Assembly: GCA_964540175.1 (NCBI GenBank)
Contig: CAZILY010000002.1
Span: forward strand, 1-40,939
Direction: 5' to 3'
DNA length: 40,939 nucleotides
DNA from: an uncultured Pelolinea sp.
GTDB taxonomy: Bacteria; Chloroflexota; Anaerolineae; Anaerolineales; Anaerolineaceae
Of the stretch, positions 9,335-20,313 are shown in pieces. How positions within the stretch are numbered: position 1 is the stretch's first letter; the number at the start of each line of letters is the position of its first letter. The notes under the pieces were generated by a model. The model was not told the origin of the DNA. It saw only the letters and a program-made list of their open reading frames with translations, and searched no databases. The position numbers were made by a program, and so were the translations under genes.

Positions 9335-9338
9335 TAGT

Positions 9339-9374
9339 AAAACCCCGATGTTTTTCGACGCATCGGGGTTTTTT
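9339..9374. terminator. Bidirectional intrinsic terminator
   Basis: AAAACCCCGATG (9339-9350) / CATCGGGGTTTT (9361-9372) between convergent genes. Confidence 0.9.
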
Positions 9375-9390
9375 CGTTTACAAATGGCAA

Positions 9391-12300
9391 TTATTCAGCC
9401 AGTGGTTTCTCTTCCGGAGCTGCTTCATCTTCATTGTCTGATTTCGCAGCTTCCTTATTATTCACACTTTCTCCAGCCACAGCAATTATTCCGTCGATTC
9501 TGTTCTCAGAAAAACCTGTTCCAGCGGGAATTAATTTTCCAATAATTACATTTTCCTTCAATCCGAATAACGGGTCTTTATCTGCAGCAACCGCAGCATG
9601 AGCAAGCACTTTAATTGTATGCTGGAATGAAGAAGCAGACAACCATGAATCGGTGGATAACGATGCTTTGGTAACTCCCAATAACACCTCGACAAATCGG
9701 GCAAGTTGTTTCCCTTCATCCAGTAACTTTTCATTCAAATTCCGAATCTCTATCCTGTCAACCATATCATTTGGCAGATATTTCGAATCACCTGGTTTGA
9801 TGATTTGAACTTTACTCATCATCTTTCTGACAATCACTTCAAAATGTTTATCATTAATGTTTTGCCCCTGTGCTCTATACACATTTTGAAATTCGGATAA
9901 GAGATATAACTGGCAAGTTTCTCTTCCTTTGATACTTAAAATTGTATGGGGATTAAGAGAGCCTTCAGTAAGTGCCTGTCCTGCTTCTACTTTGTCACCA
10001 TTTTTGACTATTAAACGTAAATTTCCTGGAATATTAAATTCCTCTATTTCTACCTGATCATAGGATACGATCACTTTGTTGCCATCCAGGCGCACCCTAC
10101 CAGCATTTTGTGCATTGATCTCGGTCTCATCAAGCTTTGCTAAAATATGCCCTTCTTTAACCTCATCCTCATTCTTAACAAGAATATCCCATTCTTCAGG
10201 GATAGCATATTCATCTGAAATTAATTCGCTGTGTTCAATTTTTACACCATTAAGTTCATTCGATGAATCTGCCGGGATAATTGTTACAGTTCCTGTAATC
10301 GGTGTCATAACTGCTTCACCCTTAGGCATTTTACGCGCTTCAAATAACTCTTCAACTCGCGGTAGGCCCGTTGTAATATCTGAGGTAGAAGCAACACCGC
10401 CGGTATGAAATGTCCTTAGAGTTAGCTGCGTACCTGGCTCACCAATTGATTGGGCAGCAATAGTACCAACAGCGGTGCCTTTTTCCACCAATTTTCCACG
10501 TCCAAGATCTAATCCATAACATTTCTGACACAACCCATGCTTTAACTCACATGTTAATGGTGACCTGATTTTTATATCTTCAAGCTTAGCGTCATTTATT
10601 TTTTTAATCGTAGAACGATCTATCATTTCGTTGCGTTCGATTATTATCTCCCCAGTTTTTGGGTCGACAATATTCTCAGCTGCGATCCTTCCGATCAGGC
10701 GGTCATCCATTGTTTGCCCCGCGATATCATCGCTTCGATGAATCACGATGCCATACATTGTTCCACAATCAACATCATTGATAATCATATCCTGGGCAAC
10801 ATCAACTAATCTTCTTGTCAAGTAACCAGCATCAGCTGTTCGAAGTGCAGTATCAGCAAGCCCTTTTCTTGCCCCGTGAGTAGATATGAAGTATTCAAGC
10901 ACAGATAGACCTTCACGGAAATTAGATCGGATTGGAAGCCGAATGATTCGCCCTGCCGGGTCAGCCATAAGTCCGCGCATACCCGCTAGCTGTGAGATAG
11001 CATTAAATCCGCCTTTGGTAGCCCCGGAATTTGCCATCATCGACAAATTTCCCAATGGGTCCATGTTATTTTTTACGGCATCCGCAACCCTTTTTGTCGT
11101 ATCCTGCCAGATTTCAATTACTCGCTCATTCCGTTCCTGATCCGTTAGACGACCTCGCCTAAATGACCGTTGGACTTCTTCCACACGTTGTTCTGATTCA
11201 TCGATAATAGACTTCTTCTCATCTGGTATTGTAATATCCGCGACTGAAATAGTAGTTCCTGATAACATGGCATACTTAAAACCAATATCTTTTATTCGGT
11301 CTGCCACCTCAGTGGTAACTTTTTCACCGCTAAGGTCATAAATAGTTTTAATTAATGTTTTAACAGCGCCTTTTTCCAATTCTTCGTTAATAAATTGAAT
11401 CTCGGGAGGAAGGATCCAGTTGAATAAAACACGCCCAACGCTTGTGTTTATTATTCTGCTTTCTGCTTTAGAAAGCCGTATTCCTTCATCATCAAACCAA
11501 GTATCGACTTTCAGGCGAATCATCGTTCGTTCGTCAACTTTATTAAGCTGGTACGCGATTTCAACTTCATCCATATTTGAAAAAACCTGTTCGTTTCCAG
11601 TGAATGGTTTCTTCATGTTCATGGTCAAATAATATACACCAAGGACCATGTCTTTCGATGGGGAAATTATCGGTTCTCCATCTGCAGGTTTTAAGAGGTT
11701 TTTCGAGGACAGCATCAAATTGCGTGATTCCCAAACCGCTTTTTCTGATAATGGTACATGCACTGCCATCTGGTCTCCATCAAAGTCTGCATTGAACGCA
11801 GTGGTTACCAGCGGATGTAGTTGAATCGCACTCCCTTCAACAAGAACTGGTTCAAATGCCTGGATTCCAAGACGATGCAGTGTCGGAGCACGATTGAGCA
11901 ATACTGGCCGATCTTTGATAACTTCTTCTAAAATCTCCCACACTTCCGGTCGATTTCGTTCTATTATTTTTCTAGCACCCTTCACATTTGCCGCGTATTC
12001 TTTCTTCACCAATCCTGCGATAACAAATGGGCGGAATAATTCCAAGGCCATAGTTTTTGGTAAACCACATTGATATAGTTTAAGCTTGGGGCCAACAACA
12101 ATAACAGAGCGGCCTGAGTAATCGACACGTTTTCCCAATAAGTTCCGCCGGAAGCGCCCTTTCTTTCCTTTCAACATATCACTGAGAGACTTTAATTCCC
12201 GACGCCCACGCCTTGAAAGAGCTTTTCCCCGCTGGGAATTGTCTACTAACGAATCAACCGCTTCTTGGAGCATGCGTTTTTCGTTTCGGACAATCACATC

Positions 12301-13665
12301 AGGAGCGCCAAGCTCCAACAGTCTTTTCAATCGATTGTTTCGGTTAATAACCCTTCGATAAAGATCATTTAAATCTGAAGTCGCAAATCTACCACCATCC
12401 AACTGTACCATTGGTCTTAGGTCAGGTGGAATTACAGGAAGAACGGATACGATCATCCATTCTGGTTTATTGTTTGAACGGCGAAAGGCCTCAACAACCT
12501 TTAGCCGAGAAGTGGCTTTCTTACGTTTTTGTTTGCTCTTTGTGGTTTTGACTTCATGCCAGAGATCTTCAGCCAATTTATCCAAGTCAATTCTGCCGAG
12601 AATATCAACAAAAGCTTCCGCCCCCATATCAGCCCTGAATACCTGTCCATATTTCGATCTAAATTCTCGGTAACGGTTTTCACTTAAAAAACTAAAGGGG
12701 ACTAAACTTTTTAGGTTATCCTCTTCATTGGAAATCTCAATTTTAATTTTATTCTTCAAACCCTCGTATTGATCATTAAAGTCGACCAGATTGTTATCAG
12801 CTTCTGCTTGGACTTTAGCTATTGAAAAATCAATCTCTTGTATTTGTTTATCAATTTCTGACCGTACCGTTTGTTCAATCTCTTCCAATTTGGATTTGAC
12901 AATTTCCTGTATTTTGGATAATACTTTTACCTCAACCTTTTCGCCTGATGAAACGAGAGTAATATCTGCAGAATCGAATCGAATCTCTTTTCTTACTTTA
13001 GATCCTTCTTTATCCTTTATTTTGCTCTCTAGTTGCTGCCCTTCTTTAATGACAGGTTCTACTTTTCGTGCAATTAACTCATCAATAGTGTCTTTAATAT
13101 CCTTGTTCTTATCATTAAAATTAGCGATTTTTTCATCACGCTCATTATTTATTTCATCGATCCGGGTTTCAAGGGCATTTAATACCTCTTTATGTTTATT
13201 AGTAACCTCTTCTTCTATTCTCCCAGCAGCCTTCTCTTTCGCATCTTCATCGACAAAAGTAACAATATATTGGGCGAAATATAATACACGGTCTAAATTC
13301 CTGCGCGATATATTTAGCAGCAATCCGAGATAGGAGGGAACGCGCCGGGTATACCAGATATGAGCAACCGGTGAAGCTAAATCAATATGCCCCATCCTCT
13401 CTCTTCTTACCGACGATCGGGTTACTTCAACGCCACACTTGTCACAAACAATCCCCTTGTAGCGAGGATTCTTATACTTTCCACAATAACATTGATAGTC
13501 TCTGGTAGGTCCAAAAATAGCCTCACAAAACAAACCGTCTTTTTCCGGTCGCAACCTACGATAATTGATTGTTTCCGGCTTTAAAACCTCCCCATAAGAC
13601 CAAGACCGAATGGTTTCTGGAGAAGCTAATCGAATTCGGAGAGCTACCAAGCTTTTTGTTTCCAC
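9391..13665 (-). CDS. rpoC: DNA-directed RNA polymerase subunit beta'
   Basis: NADFDGDQM catalytic motif, Zn finger CYCGKY...[19 protein letters not shown], trigger loop RTFHTGG and [12 protein letters not shown] start with AAGGAGG RBS. Confidence 0.99.
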   Translation of the reverse strand: METKSLVALRIRLASPETIRSWSYGEVLKPETINYRRLRPEKDGLFCEAIFGPTRDYQCYCGKYKNPRYKGIVCDKCGVEVTRSSVRRERMGHIDLASPVAHIWYTRRVPSYLGLLLNISRRNLDRVLYFAQYIVTFVDEDAKEKAAGRIEEEVTNKHKEVLNALETRIDEINNERDEKIANFNDKNKDIKDTIDELIARKVEPVIKEGQQLESKIKDKEGSKVRKEIRFDSADITLVSSGEKVEVKVLSKIQEIVKSKLEEIEQTVRSEIDKQIQEIDFSIAKVQAEADNNLVDFNDQYEGLKNKIKIEISNEEDNLKSLVPFSFLSENRYREFRSKYGQVFRADMGAEAFVDILGRIDLDKLAEDLWHEVKTTKSKQKRKKATSRLKVVEAFRRSNNKPEWMIVSVLPVIPPDLRPMVQLDGGRFATSDLNDLYRRVINRNNRLKRLLELGAPDVIVRNEKRMLQEAVDSLVDNSQRGKALSRRGRRELKSLSDMLKGKKGRFRRNLLGKRVDYSGRSVIVVGPKLKLYQCGLPKTMALELFRPFVIAGLVKKEYAANVKGARKIIERNRPEVWEILEEVIKDRPVLLNRAPTLHRLGIQAFEPVLVEGSAIQLHPLVTTAFNADFDGDQMAVHVPLSEKAVWESRNLMLSSKNLLKPADGEPIISPSKDMVLGVYYLTMNMKKPFTGNEQVFSNMDEVEIAYQLNKVDERTMIRLKVDTWFDDEGIRLSKAESRIINTSVGRVLFNWILPPEIQFINEELEKGAVKTLIKTIYDLSGEKVTTEVADRIKDIGFKYAMLSGTTISVADITIPDEKKSIIDESEQRVEEVQRSFRRGRLTDQERNERVIEIWQDTTKRVADAVKNNMDPLGNLSMMANSGATKGGFNAISQLAGMRGLMADPAGRIIRLPIRSNFREGLSVLEYFISTHGARKGLADTALRTADAGYLTRRLVDVAQDMIINDVDCGTMYGIVIHRSDDIAGQTMDDRLIGRIAAENIVDPKTGEIIIERNEMIDRSTIKKINDAKLEDIKIRSPLTCELKHGLCQKCYGLDLGRGKLVEKGTAVGTIAAQSIGEPGTQLTLRTFHTGGVASTSDITTGLPRVEELFEARKMPKGEAVMTPITGTVTIIPADSSNELNGVKIEHSELISDEYAIPEEWDILVKNEDEVKEGHILAKLDETEINAQNAGRVRLDGNKVIVSYDQVEIEEFNIPGNLRLIVKNGDKVEAGQALTEGSLNPHTILSIKGRETCQLYLLSEFQNVYRAQGQNINDKHFEVIVRKMMSKVQIIKPGDSKYLPNDMVDRIEIRNLNEKLLDEGKQLARFVEVLLGVTKASLSTDSWLSASSFQHTIKVLAHAAVAADKDPLFGLKENVIIGKLIPAGTGFSENRIDGIIAVAGESVNNKEAAKSDNEDEAAPEEKPLAE

Positions 13666-13737
13666 TAAAAGACCTCCTTAATAATCAAGACAAACAGCTA
13701 AATTAAACGAGATAAATATAAAATCAAACAATCCGAC

Positions 13738-13746
13738 ATTATAACA
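13738..13746 (-). promoter_or_regulatory. Extended -10 promoter of rpoC
   Basis: TGtTATAAT on the minus strand, about 72 nt upstream of the rpoC start. Confidence 0.65.
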
Positions 13747-13760
13747 TATATATTGAATAC

Positions 13761-15371
13761 CTACTTATTTTTTGAGGCATCACGAGGAAATTCTAAAGTA
13801 ATTTTTGTACCGCCTCCCAGGTTACTTTCAACCAAAATCCCGCCATTCAAGATTTTCATTATGTTCTTTGTGATTTCAATTTCGTCTTCAGTTCGATAAA
13901 GGCCTTTATCATTCATCATTTTTTCAATATCGAGTTTGGAAATTCCTTTGCCTGAATCCCTGATAGAAACAAAAAATGAGTTTGGCCCATTATAGCTGTC
14001 AATTTCCACAACACCTCCTAAATGTGATTCCCTGATAGCATAATCAATGATATTCAAGAATACGTGGTTTAACAAAACAGCATCACTAAATATATTTTTC
14101 CCTTGTGTATCAAAATCATATTTAATTGTTATCCGTTTTTGTTTCACTAATGGCGTTAAAGTTAAAATCGCATTGCTTATACAATCATTGACTAAGACTT
14201 CTTTTATTTCTATAAAACGATCTATATTTAGACGATTCACCGACAATAATTCTTTAACGTTTTTTTCAATTTCTTCAATATTTGCGCTTATGGAAAAAAG
14301 AAATTCTTTTTGCTTTTCACTTAGATTTCCCAATGATTCTGTCAAAGCAACCAACCCTTTTATTTCTATCATAGGCGTTCGTATATGCTGTGTAATCGTT
14401 GAAATTATCGTTGACAAGTAATGATTTAATGCTTTTTCTTTTGTTTTATCTATAAATCGATGGCAAATTACACCTTGTATATCTGCTGAACTTACATCTA
14501 ACCTGCTAACTTCAAACTCTTTATCATTATTGTTGATTTTATTTTTTTCTGAAAAGTTAGATGAATATAACAAATCGCTAAACAGAATCTCATCGGAAGA
14601 TAAAGAACCATCCTCGGCTTGAACAAAGTTGAACTCTTTTATCGCGGACAGATTAGCATGCGTTATGATTTGCTGCCCATTACTAATTAAAATTGGCTCT
14701 TCGATCGAATCAAATACCTGTCGTAGAGTGATTATTTCTTGTGAAAGATAAATCGTATCAAACAACACGATAAGGTTTTTTTGATATTCACTAACAAAAT
14801 AAGCGAATTGCTCAACATCCTTAGTAGAAAAAGCCCGGTAATTTTCATCTCCGACCCATACACATCCAACCTTAAGATCATTGTAAATTAATGGAAAAGC
14901 AACTATTGAACGAGGGAAACTTTTCCCTGGAATATACTTTATATTATGTGCTTTTGATGTGTCTTGGATAAGCAAATGACTCTTTCCGCCTAATTGGTTA
15001 ACAATTTGATCGTCTAGAAAACCATATTCATTGCTTAAAGATCCATAACCAATCGAAAATGGCTGCAAAAAGAAATCCTTTTTTGAAAATATTATTCTTA
15101 CATTATTCGTTTCTTTAATTGAAATTATTTTTGAAAACTCTCTAAAATATTCACTGAAATTTTTGTTGATTAATACTCTCTCGAAAGACCTGTTCTTTTT
15201 CCTCTCTTTCAACAATAAAGCTGTTTTTTCTTCCAGAGAATTATTTAATTTACTTATTAACTCTAAGAGCTCAGAACGCCGCAGCTTATTTATTGAATAT
15301 CGCTCTTTATCGTTCTTTTCTTTTTTAATCTCTAATTGCTGATTCTTCTTATGTAAATTTTCTGATGTCAA
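13761..15371 (-). CDS. GAF/PAS-containing histidine kinase-like protein, catalytically degenerate
   Basis: GAF-like RSIVAFPL...VGCVWVGD and PAS-like FDSIEEPILI...HANLSA. HisKA-like QHIRTP, HATPase-like IRDSGKGI and VESNLGGGTKITLEFP. TTG start overlaps the cmk stop. Confidence 0.75.
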   Translation of the reverse strand: MTSENLHKKNQQLEIKKEKNDKERYSINKLRRSELLELISKLNNSLEEKTALLLKERKKNRSFERVLINKNFSEYFREFSKIISIKETNNVRIIFSKKDFFLQPFSIGYGSLSNEYGFLDDQIVNQLGGKSHLLIQDTSKAHNIKYIPGKSFPRSIVAFPLIYNDLKVGCVWVGDENYRAFSTKDVEQFAYFVSEYQKNLIVLFDTIYLSQEIITLRQVFDSIEEPILISNGQQIITHANLSAIKEFNFVQAEDGSLSSDEILFSDLLYSSNFSEKNKINNNDKEFEVSRLDVSSADIQGVICHRFIDKTKEKALNHYLSTIISTITQHIRTPMIEIKGLVALTESLGNLSEKQKEFLFSISANIEEIEKNVKELLSVNRLNIDRFIEIKEVLVNDCISNAILTLTPLVKQKRITIKYDFDTQGKNIFSDAVLLNHVFLNIIDYAIRESHLGGVVEIDSYNGPNSFFVSIRDSGKGISKLDIEKMMNDKGLYRTEDEIEITKNIMKILNGGILVESNLGGGTKITLEFPRDASKNK

Positions 15372-16066
15372 TTAAAATTCCTTATGATAGATAAAATCTC
15401 ATCAACAACTCTTGAAATATCTTTCCCATCCGTATTAATAATAATTGCATCTTTTGCTGGAATTAGTGGAGCAATTTCTCGAGTGGAGTCTATCTTATCG
15501 CGCATTTCTACATTCTTTATTACATCTTCAAGATGACATTGTTTCCCTCTTTCTACTTCCTCATTATAACGCCTGAGTGCTCTTTCTTTTACGGAAGCTT
15601 CTAAGAATATCTTCAAGTCCGCGTTAGGCATTACAACCGTCCCTATGTCCCTACCCACCATAACTATTTTTCCTCTTCTTCCAAATTCCTGCTGCTGTTC
15701 AGTTAGAGCTTTCCTTACATACTGGTACCGCGAAACTTGACTGACATTTTCATTTACTTCAGGTTCTCTTATTTTCCAAGTTACATCAACTTTATCCACA
15801 AATACATCATTAATCCTACCGTCAGATTTAGTCGGTGGCTTTATTTCAATATCAATCTGGGTAGCCAATATGCTTACTTCTTCCACGTTATCGATATTAA
15901 TTTTTTGATTAATCGCCGCCCATGCAACCGCTCGATACATAATACCTGTATCTAGAAATAAATACTCCAGCTCCTTTGATAGCATCAACCCCACGCTTGA
16001 TTTCCCCGAAGCAACTGGGCCATCAATCGTTATTACATTTGGCAATTTCAATGTAGGTTTCTCCAT
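15368..16066 (-). CDS. cmk: Cytidylate kinase
   Basis: ITIDGPVASGKSS, LDTGIMYRA, GRDIGTVVMPNADLKIFL and RDKIDSTR.APL. Confidence 0.96.
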   Translation of the reverse strand: MEKPTLKLPNVITIDGPVASGKSSVGLMLSKELEYLFLDTGIMYRAVAWAAINQKINIDNVEEVSILATQIDIEIKPPTKSDGRINDVFVDKVDVTWKIREPEVNENVSQVSRYQYVRKALTEQQQEFGRRGKIVMVGRDIGTVVMPNADLKIFLEASVKERALRRYNEEVERGKQCHLEDVIKNVEMRDKIDSTREIAPLIPAKDAIIINTDGKDISRVVDEILSIIRNFN

Positions 16067-16074
16067 TTTGTTTT

Positions 16075-17772
16075 TTATTCCCCATTAACCCAAATATAGT
16101 TAATTGATTTACGCATTATTGATTTTCTGAATATCAGCCATGACCAAAAATCATAAGAAAAAAGACTATTTATGGGTTCTATATACCACCTGGGAAAGGA
16201 ATCAACAACAAATTCTTGTCCAAAATATTTCCCTGTAGGTTCTCCAATAGCTTCTGTTTTTGATATCAAAATATCAAATTTTTCATTTGGTCTCAGATTT
16301 TCATTGAATGAGTTCACGTCGTAGGACCGTAATTCCCATAAAAAACTTGGCTCTTGCACATTCACCAAGCCAATTTTTATGCCATCGTTAGCGAAATCTT
16401 TTGTAATTTTTGCATTTTTTATCTGGTCTTGAATTATGTGCTTGTCAAAAATAGACCCAGACCATAACACTTCTGAATATCGCGAATTCGCTAAACCGCT
16501 AGCCCTAAACGAAAACCCTGCTTGCACAAAAAGCAGCAAAATAAGTGCGGCGTTTGTAAGTCTAAGCAAAGAATATTTTAAACTTAATTGATAGGTAAGA
16601 ATAATAACAGATCCCGCGACCACAATTATTATTGTAATTGTCGTGATCGAGGTTTGAAATTGTGAAAGCCCAGAATAACCCTGGTATATGTACCTAGCAA
16701 AATTCATTATAAGAGCAATCAGCAAAACCAGAAAATATGTGATTTTAATTAGATCATTGTTATTTATTCCCTGAATAATAACTGGTGTATTAAGAGATAT
16801 ATATATAAGCAAAAAACCGCTTACCCATAACAGATCATAAAACTTATGATATGGATTGATTATTATAAATAGCAGTGTGATGGTGATCCAAATTATTAAT
16901 AAACAATTTGTCCACTTTCCCTGGTTGTGTGTATTTATCAGTTGATATATAAATATGAATAAATAGAATGGCAAATAAGAAAACATCACTACCAAAAAAG
17001 CGAGTGGCGATTCTCCAATTGAATAATGACTCGAAAATTTTTCCAGGTTACTTATAACATCCGAAAGGATTAATGAAATATCAAATTTATATATGGTGAT
17101 AATTAAAGCCAAAAATAGCCCAATAATTAAATATTTTTGAAATTGAAAAACATTATTTTTCTTCCCCCATTTCCTGGTTTCTTCAATAAGATTCTCTATA
17201 AAAAGCTCTTGGTGGGTTTTCTGATAAACCAAGAAAGCAATTCCAAATATCATCGCAAGCATTGTTCCGCGGCCAGAAATGATTAACAAAACCAAAAAAA
17301 CAGTACCCGTAAAAAAATCTTTTTTCCAAATAGCAGCCAATAAAAAAACTAAAGCAAGAAACGCAAAAATATTACTTCCTATTTGAATAGAATTCACAAT
17401 CATAAAGGGGTCAACTACAATAAATAGAGACAATATCATTCCAGTTTTATTTTCCAGCTGATCTTTTAAATATAAAGGTAATAGAGACAAGATACTCCCT
17501 GCAAGAATCGGCCATATTCTTGCGGCTAAATCATTGTCGCCAAAAATGAAGAAACTTGTTTTTATTAATATAAATTCAATAATTGAAAGCCCTTCAGGGT
17601 AGGTTGATGTCTCATCAGTAATTCTTAATAGTATTGATGCTTCATACGAATTTATCGGCAATTTTTGAGATGCAAAAATGCGAATTGTGAATGCCACAAG
17701 AAAAAAGAGCACATAAACCAGATGGGGTCTCTTTATTTCATATTTTGTTATATTTCTAAACGTTTTGTTCAT
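16075..17772 (-). CDS. Polytopic membrane protein, divergent GT-C/PMT-like
   Basis: About a dozen hydrophobic segments. FGDNDLAARIWPILAG resembles the PMT/ArnT N-terminal region. Soluble C-terminal domain. Confidence 0.55.
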   Translation of the reverse strand: MNKTFRNITKYEIKRPHLVYVLFFLVAFTIRIFASQKLPINSYEASILLRITDETSTYPEGLSIIEFILIKTSFFIFGDNDLAARIWPILAGSILSLLPLYLKDQLENKTGMILSLFIVVDPFMIVNSIQIGSNIFAFLALVFLLAAIWKKDFFTGTVFLVLLIISGRGTMLAMIFGIAFLVYQKTHQELFIENLIEETRKWGKKNNVFQFQKYLIIGLFLALIITIYKFDISLILSDVISNLEKFSSHYSIGESPLAFLVVMFSYLPFYLFIFIYQLINTHNQGKWTNCLLIIWITITLLFIIINPYHKFYDLLWVSGFLLIYISLNTPVIIQGINNNDLIKITYFLVLLIALIMNFARYIYQGYSGLSQFQTSITTITIIIVVAGSVIILTYQLSLKYSLLRLTNAALILLLFVQAGFSFRASGLANSRYSEVLWSGSIFDKHIIQDQIKNAKITKDFANDGIKIGLVNVQEPSFLWELRSYDVNSFNENLRPNEKFDILISKTEAIGEPTGKYFGQEFVVDSFPRWYIEPINSLFSYDFWSWLIFRKSIMRKSINYIWVNGE

Positions 17773-17784
17773 AATAAATCTAAA

Positions 17785-20313
17785 TTAATATTCATAAATT
17801 ACTACACTAGAGTTCTTAAATATTACTGGTAAATTTAGTTTAAATTTTTCTTCTGAAATTTGATAAGTATTTCTTTCTACATCGCCGATATAAATATATC
17901 GTAGATTATATTTTTCTAAAATATCCTTCGCCGTAATCCAATTTTTTGTACTATACAACTCTTTAATATCAGACTCGCGCGATCCAATTTCTTCAACACC
18001 TCCCCGCCACTGCATTTCATGCCCAGGCCATCCCAGCAAAGTTGGCAATCCAGTAAATTTTGAGATTCTTCCATAATTGGAATAACTTCCACCAACAGCT
18101 TCAGAAATCACACCAAGTGGAACAAGGTTTAAATATTTTACAGATTCATATTCATCTTGGTTCGATAATTGTGAATATTGATTTCCATTTAAGGTAAAAT
18201 CCCTGCCAACTAGACCTTCAATTCTCTCTCTTGTCGAGAAAAAAGGATATACGAGCCCTAAAATAATGCTCAATATTGTTACGGTAATAATAACTTTTTT
18301 GCCAAGTGATTTCTTGATTTTACTTGATTGGCTTACCGCATAAGCTGCGCTGATTGAAAAAAGGATCCATGATTGAAAATAAAATTTGAAAATGGTGTTC
18401 ATTCGCCAACCAAATTGATCACGCAAATAAAATATCTCAGGGAATAATATTAGACCTGCCCCCAGCAAAATCATCAACCCTATAAAAGAGTCCTGTTTAT
18501 TGATTAGTAATTGGTCCTCAGTCAGCTTCGCTTGCTTTATTGAATGGATAATAATTGAGATCATTGCAGAAACCATTATGATCAACACCAAAATATCAAT
18601 GGGATCTGAGATTATTCTTTCCATAGTTCCCAAAATCAATTCTTTAGTGCTGCTCGCACCATAAATTGAAATATACGTGTGAAGGCGTTGTGAGCTCAGT
18701 TGGATAAAATTTTTATAATTTCCACCCAAATGATTTTGAAGATACCGGTAAACATCAGGAATCGCCCCAATAACAAACGGAAAAAGCAGTGAAACCATCA
18801 GACTGATGATATACCCCCCCAGAGAAATCAGGAAACTCTTTCTAATAAGAGTTCTAGGTAGATCAGGTAGTATCCGAAATAATATATCCGATAATAAAAT
18901 TGCGACTAATGGAAGAAACATCACAAGTAAATGAACGCTCCTAGATTGAAAAATCAAACTGGGTAAAATTCCACCAGCCTGCGATGAAAAACCTATCAAG
19001 AAGGGTAAATAAAATGTTATACAAATTACACCTAAAGTAAAAAGCCCCATGATACTTTCTTTAATTATTATTCCGATGGATTCTCTTTTTGGATAAATAG
19101 AAATAACATATACCACCCCTGCCAAACCAAAATAAATTGGAAAATCCCATGTATTAATAAAAATTAAGCTCCCCAAAGCCAATGCTAAAAACCAATTAAA
19201 TCCCTTCTTCCAAAAGGAAGCGATATTTTTTAATAAGGAATTTTCATTTTCCCTTTCCTCTATTAATAATGTGTACGAGCAGATTATACAAAGGAGTACA
19301 AATGGCATGGCTAACACATGCGGATGAAGATCCCCCAGGTAAAATGAAAAGAAAGGAAATTCATCAATAATCTCCCGCGGTTGTCCTTGGATTGTATAAT
19401 CCTGCAACACACGTGAAGCACGCCACCACCAAGTTCCACCAATTCTTCCAACATTCCAATCGAAAGGCATTGATGGCGGATTAGATAGTTCTCTAATATC
19501 CAGCCAACTCCAAAAGCGAGAAACCATTTCACCGCTTTGATCAGCTTTCCATAAAAACCCTAAGGAGTGAAGTAATTCAAGAAAACCTTCGCCATTACTC
19601 ACAATTAATAAGAAAACGGGGGCTAAAATGCTATTAAGAATTGCTGAATTAACCTTCTTCTGAGAAATACTTTTTTTATCTTGTTCAATTTTTCCAATTA
19701 ATATATTGAAAAGAATTCCAAATGCCCCAATTGAAATGAGTGCAAACCAAAAAATAAGGGCCAGGTTAAACGCTATCCCAGGATTTGTTCCTATTATCTT
19801 AATGATAGCAGCAATGATCAAATATCCAAAATAATAATATGAAATAGAATATCCAGACAGCCAAGGGTCATTTGGCGGGAATGACTGAGACCTAAGAATC
19901 CCATTAATAAAAGTTAGTTCCATTGGTTTTTCGGTACCAATAATTCCCGGGTTCGCCCCCCGCATCATAGTCATGAAGAATATGGAAATCAAAAATATTG
20001 CTTCGCTGAAAAGAATTACTTTTTTATGGGATTTAATCCAATCATATATTTCGATCCAGAGATGTTTCTTATATAAGAAAATAATAGATGCGAAGAGAAT
20101 TACTATCAATGTGAAAATTGCACCAACCCGTGTATTTCCGATGAACCCAAATGTATTACCAATCCAATATGCATAACCCCAAATCAATAATCCTACAATT
20201 TTTGAAAATGAATAACCTTTTGTATACAAATTTTTAAAAAGAGAAAAGCAAATTGGAAAAGCAATCCACCCAATTATTAAAAATAATATCCACCAAAATA
20301 ACAGGTCACTCAT
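17785..20313 (-). CDS. DUF2298 / Chlor_Arch_YYY membrane protein
   Basis: EKPME...PPNDPWLSGYSISYYYFG, EFPFFSFYLGDLHPH, NTWDFP, RMNTIFKFY and TGLPTLLGW. Confidence 0.88.
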   Translation of the reverse strand: MSDLLFWWILFLIIGWIAFPICFSLFKNLYTKGYSFSKIVGLLIWGYAYWIGNTFGFIGNTRVGAIFTLIVILFASIIFLYKKHLWIEIYDWIKSHKKVILFSEAIFLISIFFMTMMRGANPGIIGTEKPMELTFINGILRSQSFPPNDPWLSGYSISYYYFGYLIIAAIIKIIGTNPGIAFNLALIFWFALISIGAFGILFNILIGKIEQDKKSISQKKVNSAILNSILAPVFLLIVSNGEGFLELLHSLGFLWKADQSGEMVSRFWSWLDIRELSNPPSMPFDWNVGRIGGTWWWRASRVLQDYTIQGQPREIIDEFPFFSFYLGDLHPHVLAMPFVLLCIICSYTLLIEERENENSLLKNIASFWKKGFNWFLALALGSLIFINTWDFPIYFGLAGVVYVISIYPKRESIGIIIKESIMGLFTLGVICITFYLPFLIGFSSQAGGILPSLIFQSRSVHLLVMFLPLVAILLSDILFRILPDLPRTLIRKSFLISLGGYIISLMVSLLFPFVIGAIPDVYRYLQNHLGGNYKNFIQLSSQRLHTYISIYGASSTKELILGTMERIISDPIDILVLIIMVSAMISIIIHSIKQAKLTEDQLLINKQDSFIGLMILLGAGLILFPEIFYLRDQFGWRMNTIFKFYFQSWILFSISAAYAVSQSSKIKKSLGKKVIITVTILSIILGLVYPFFSTRERIEGLVGRDFTLNGNQYSQLSNQDEYESVKYLNLVPLGVISEAVGGSYSNYGRISKFTGLPTLLGWPGHEMQWRGGVEEIGSRESDIKELYSTKNWITAKDILEKYNLRYIYIGDVERNTYQISEEKFKLNLPVIFKNSSVVIYEY

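Noticed and set aside
12706-13248. Intein in rpoC
   Set aside because: No Cys/Ser N-terminal or His-Asn C-terminal splice motifs and no LAGLIDADG; the composition is coiled-coil.
12791-13333. 180-aa plus-strand ORF opposite rpoC
   Set aside because: Antisense shadow of the E/K-rich insertion: Ser/Leu/Ile-rich with no motifs.
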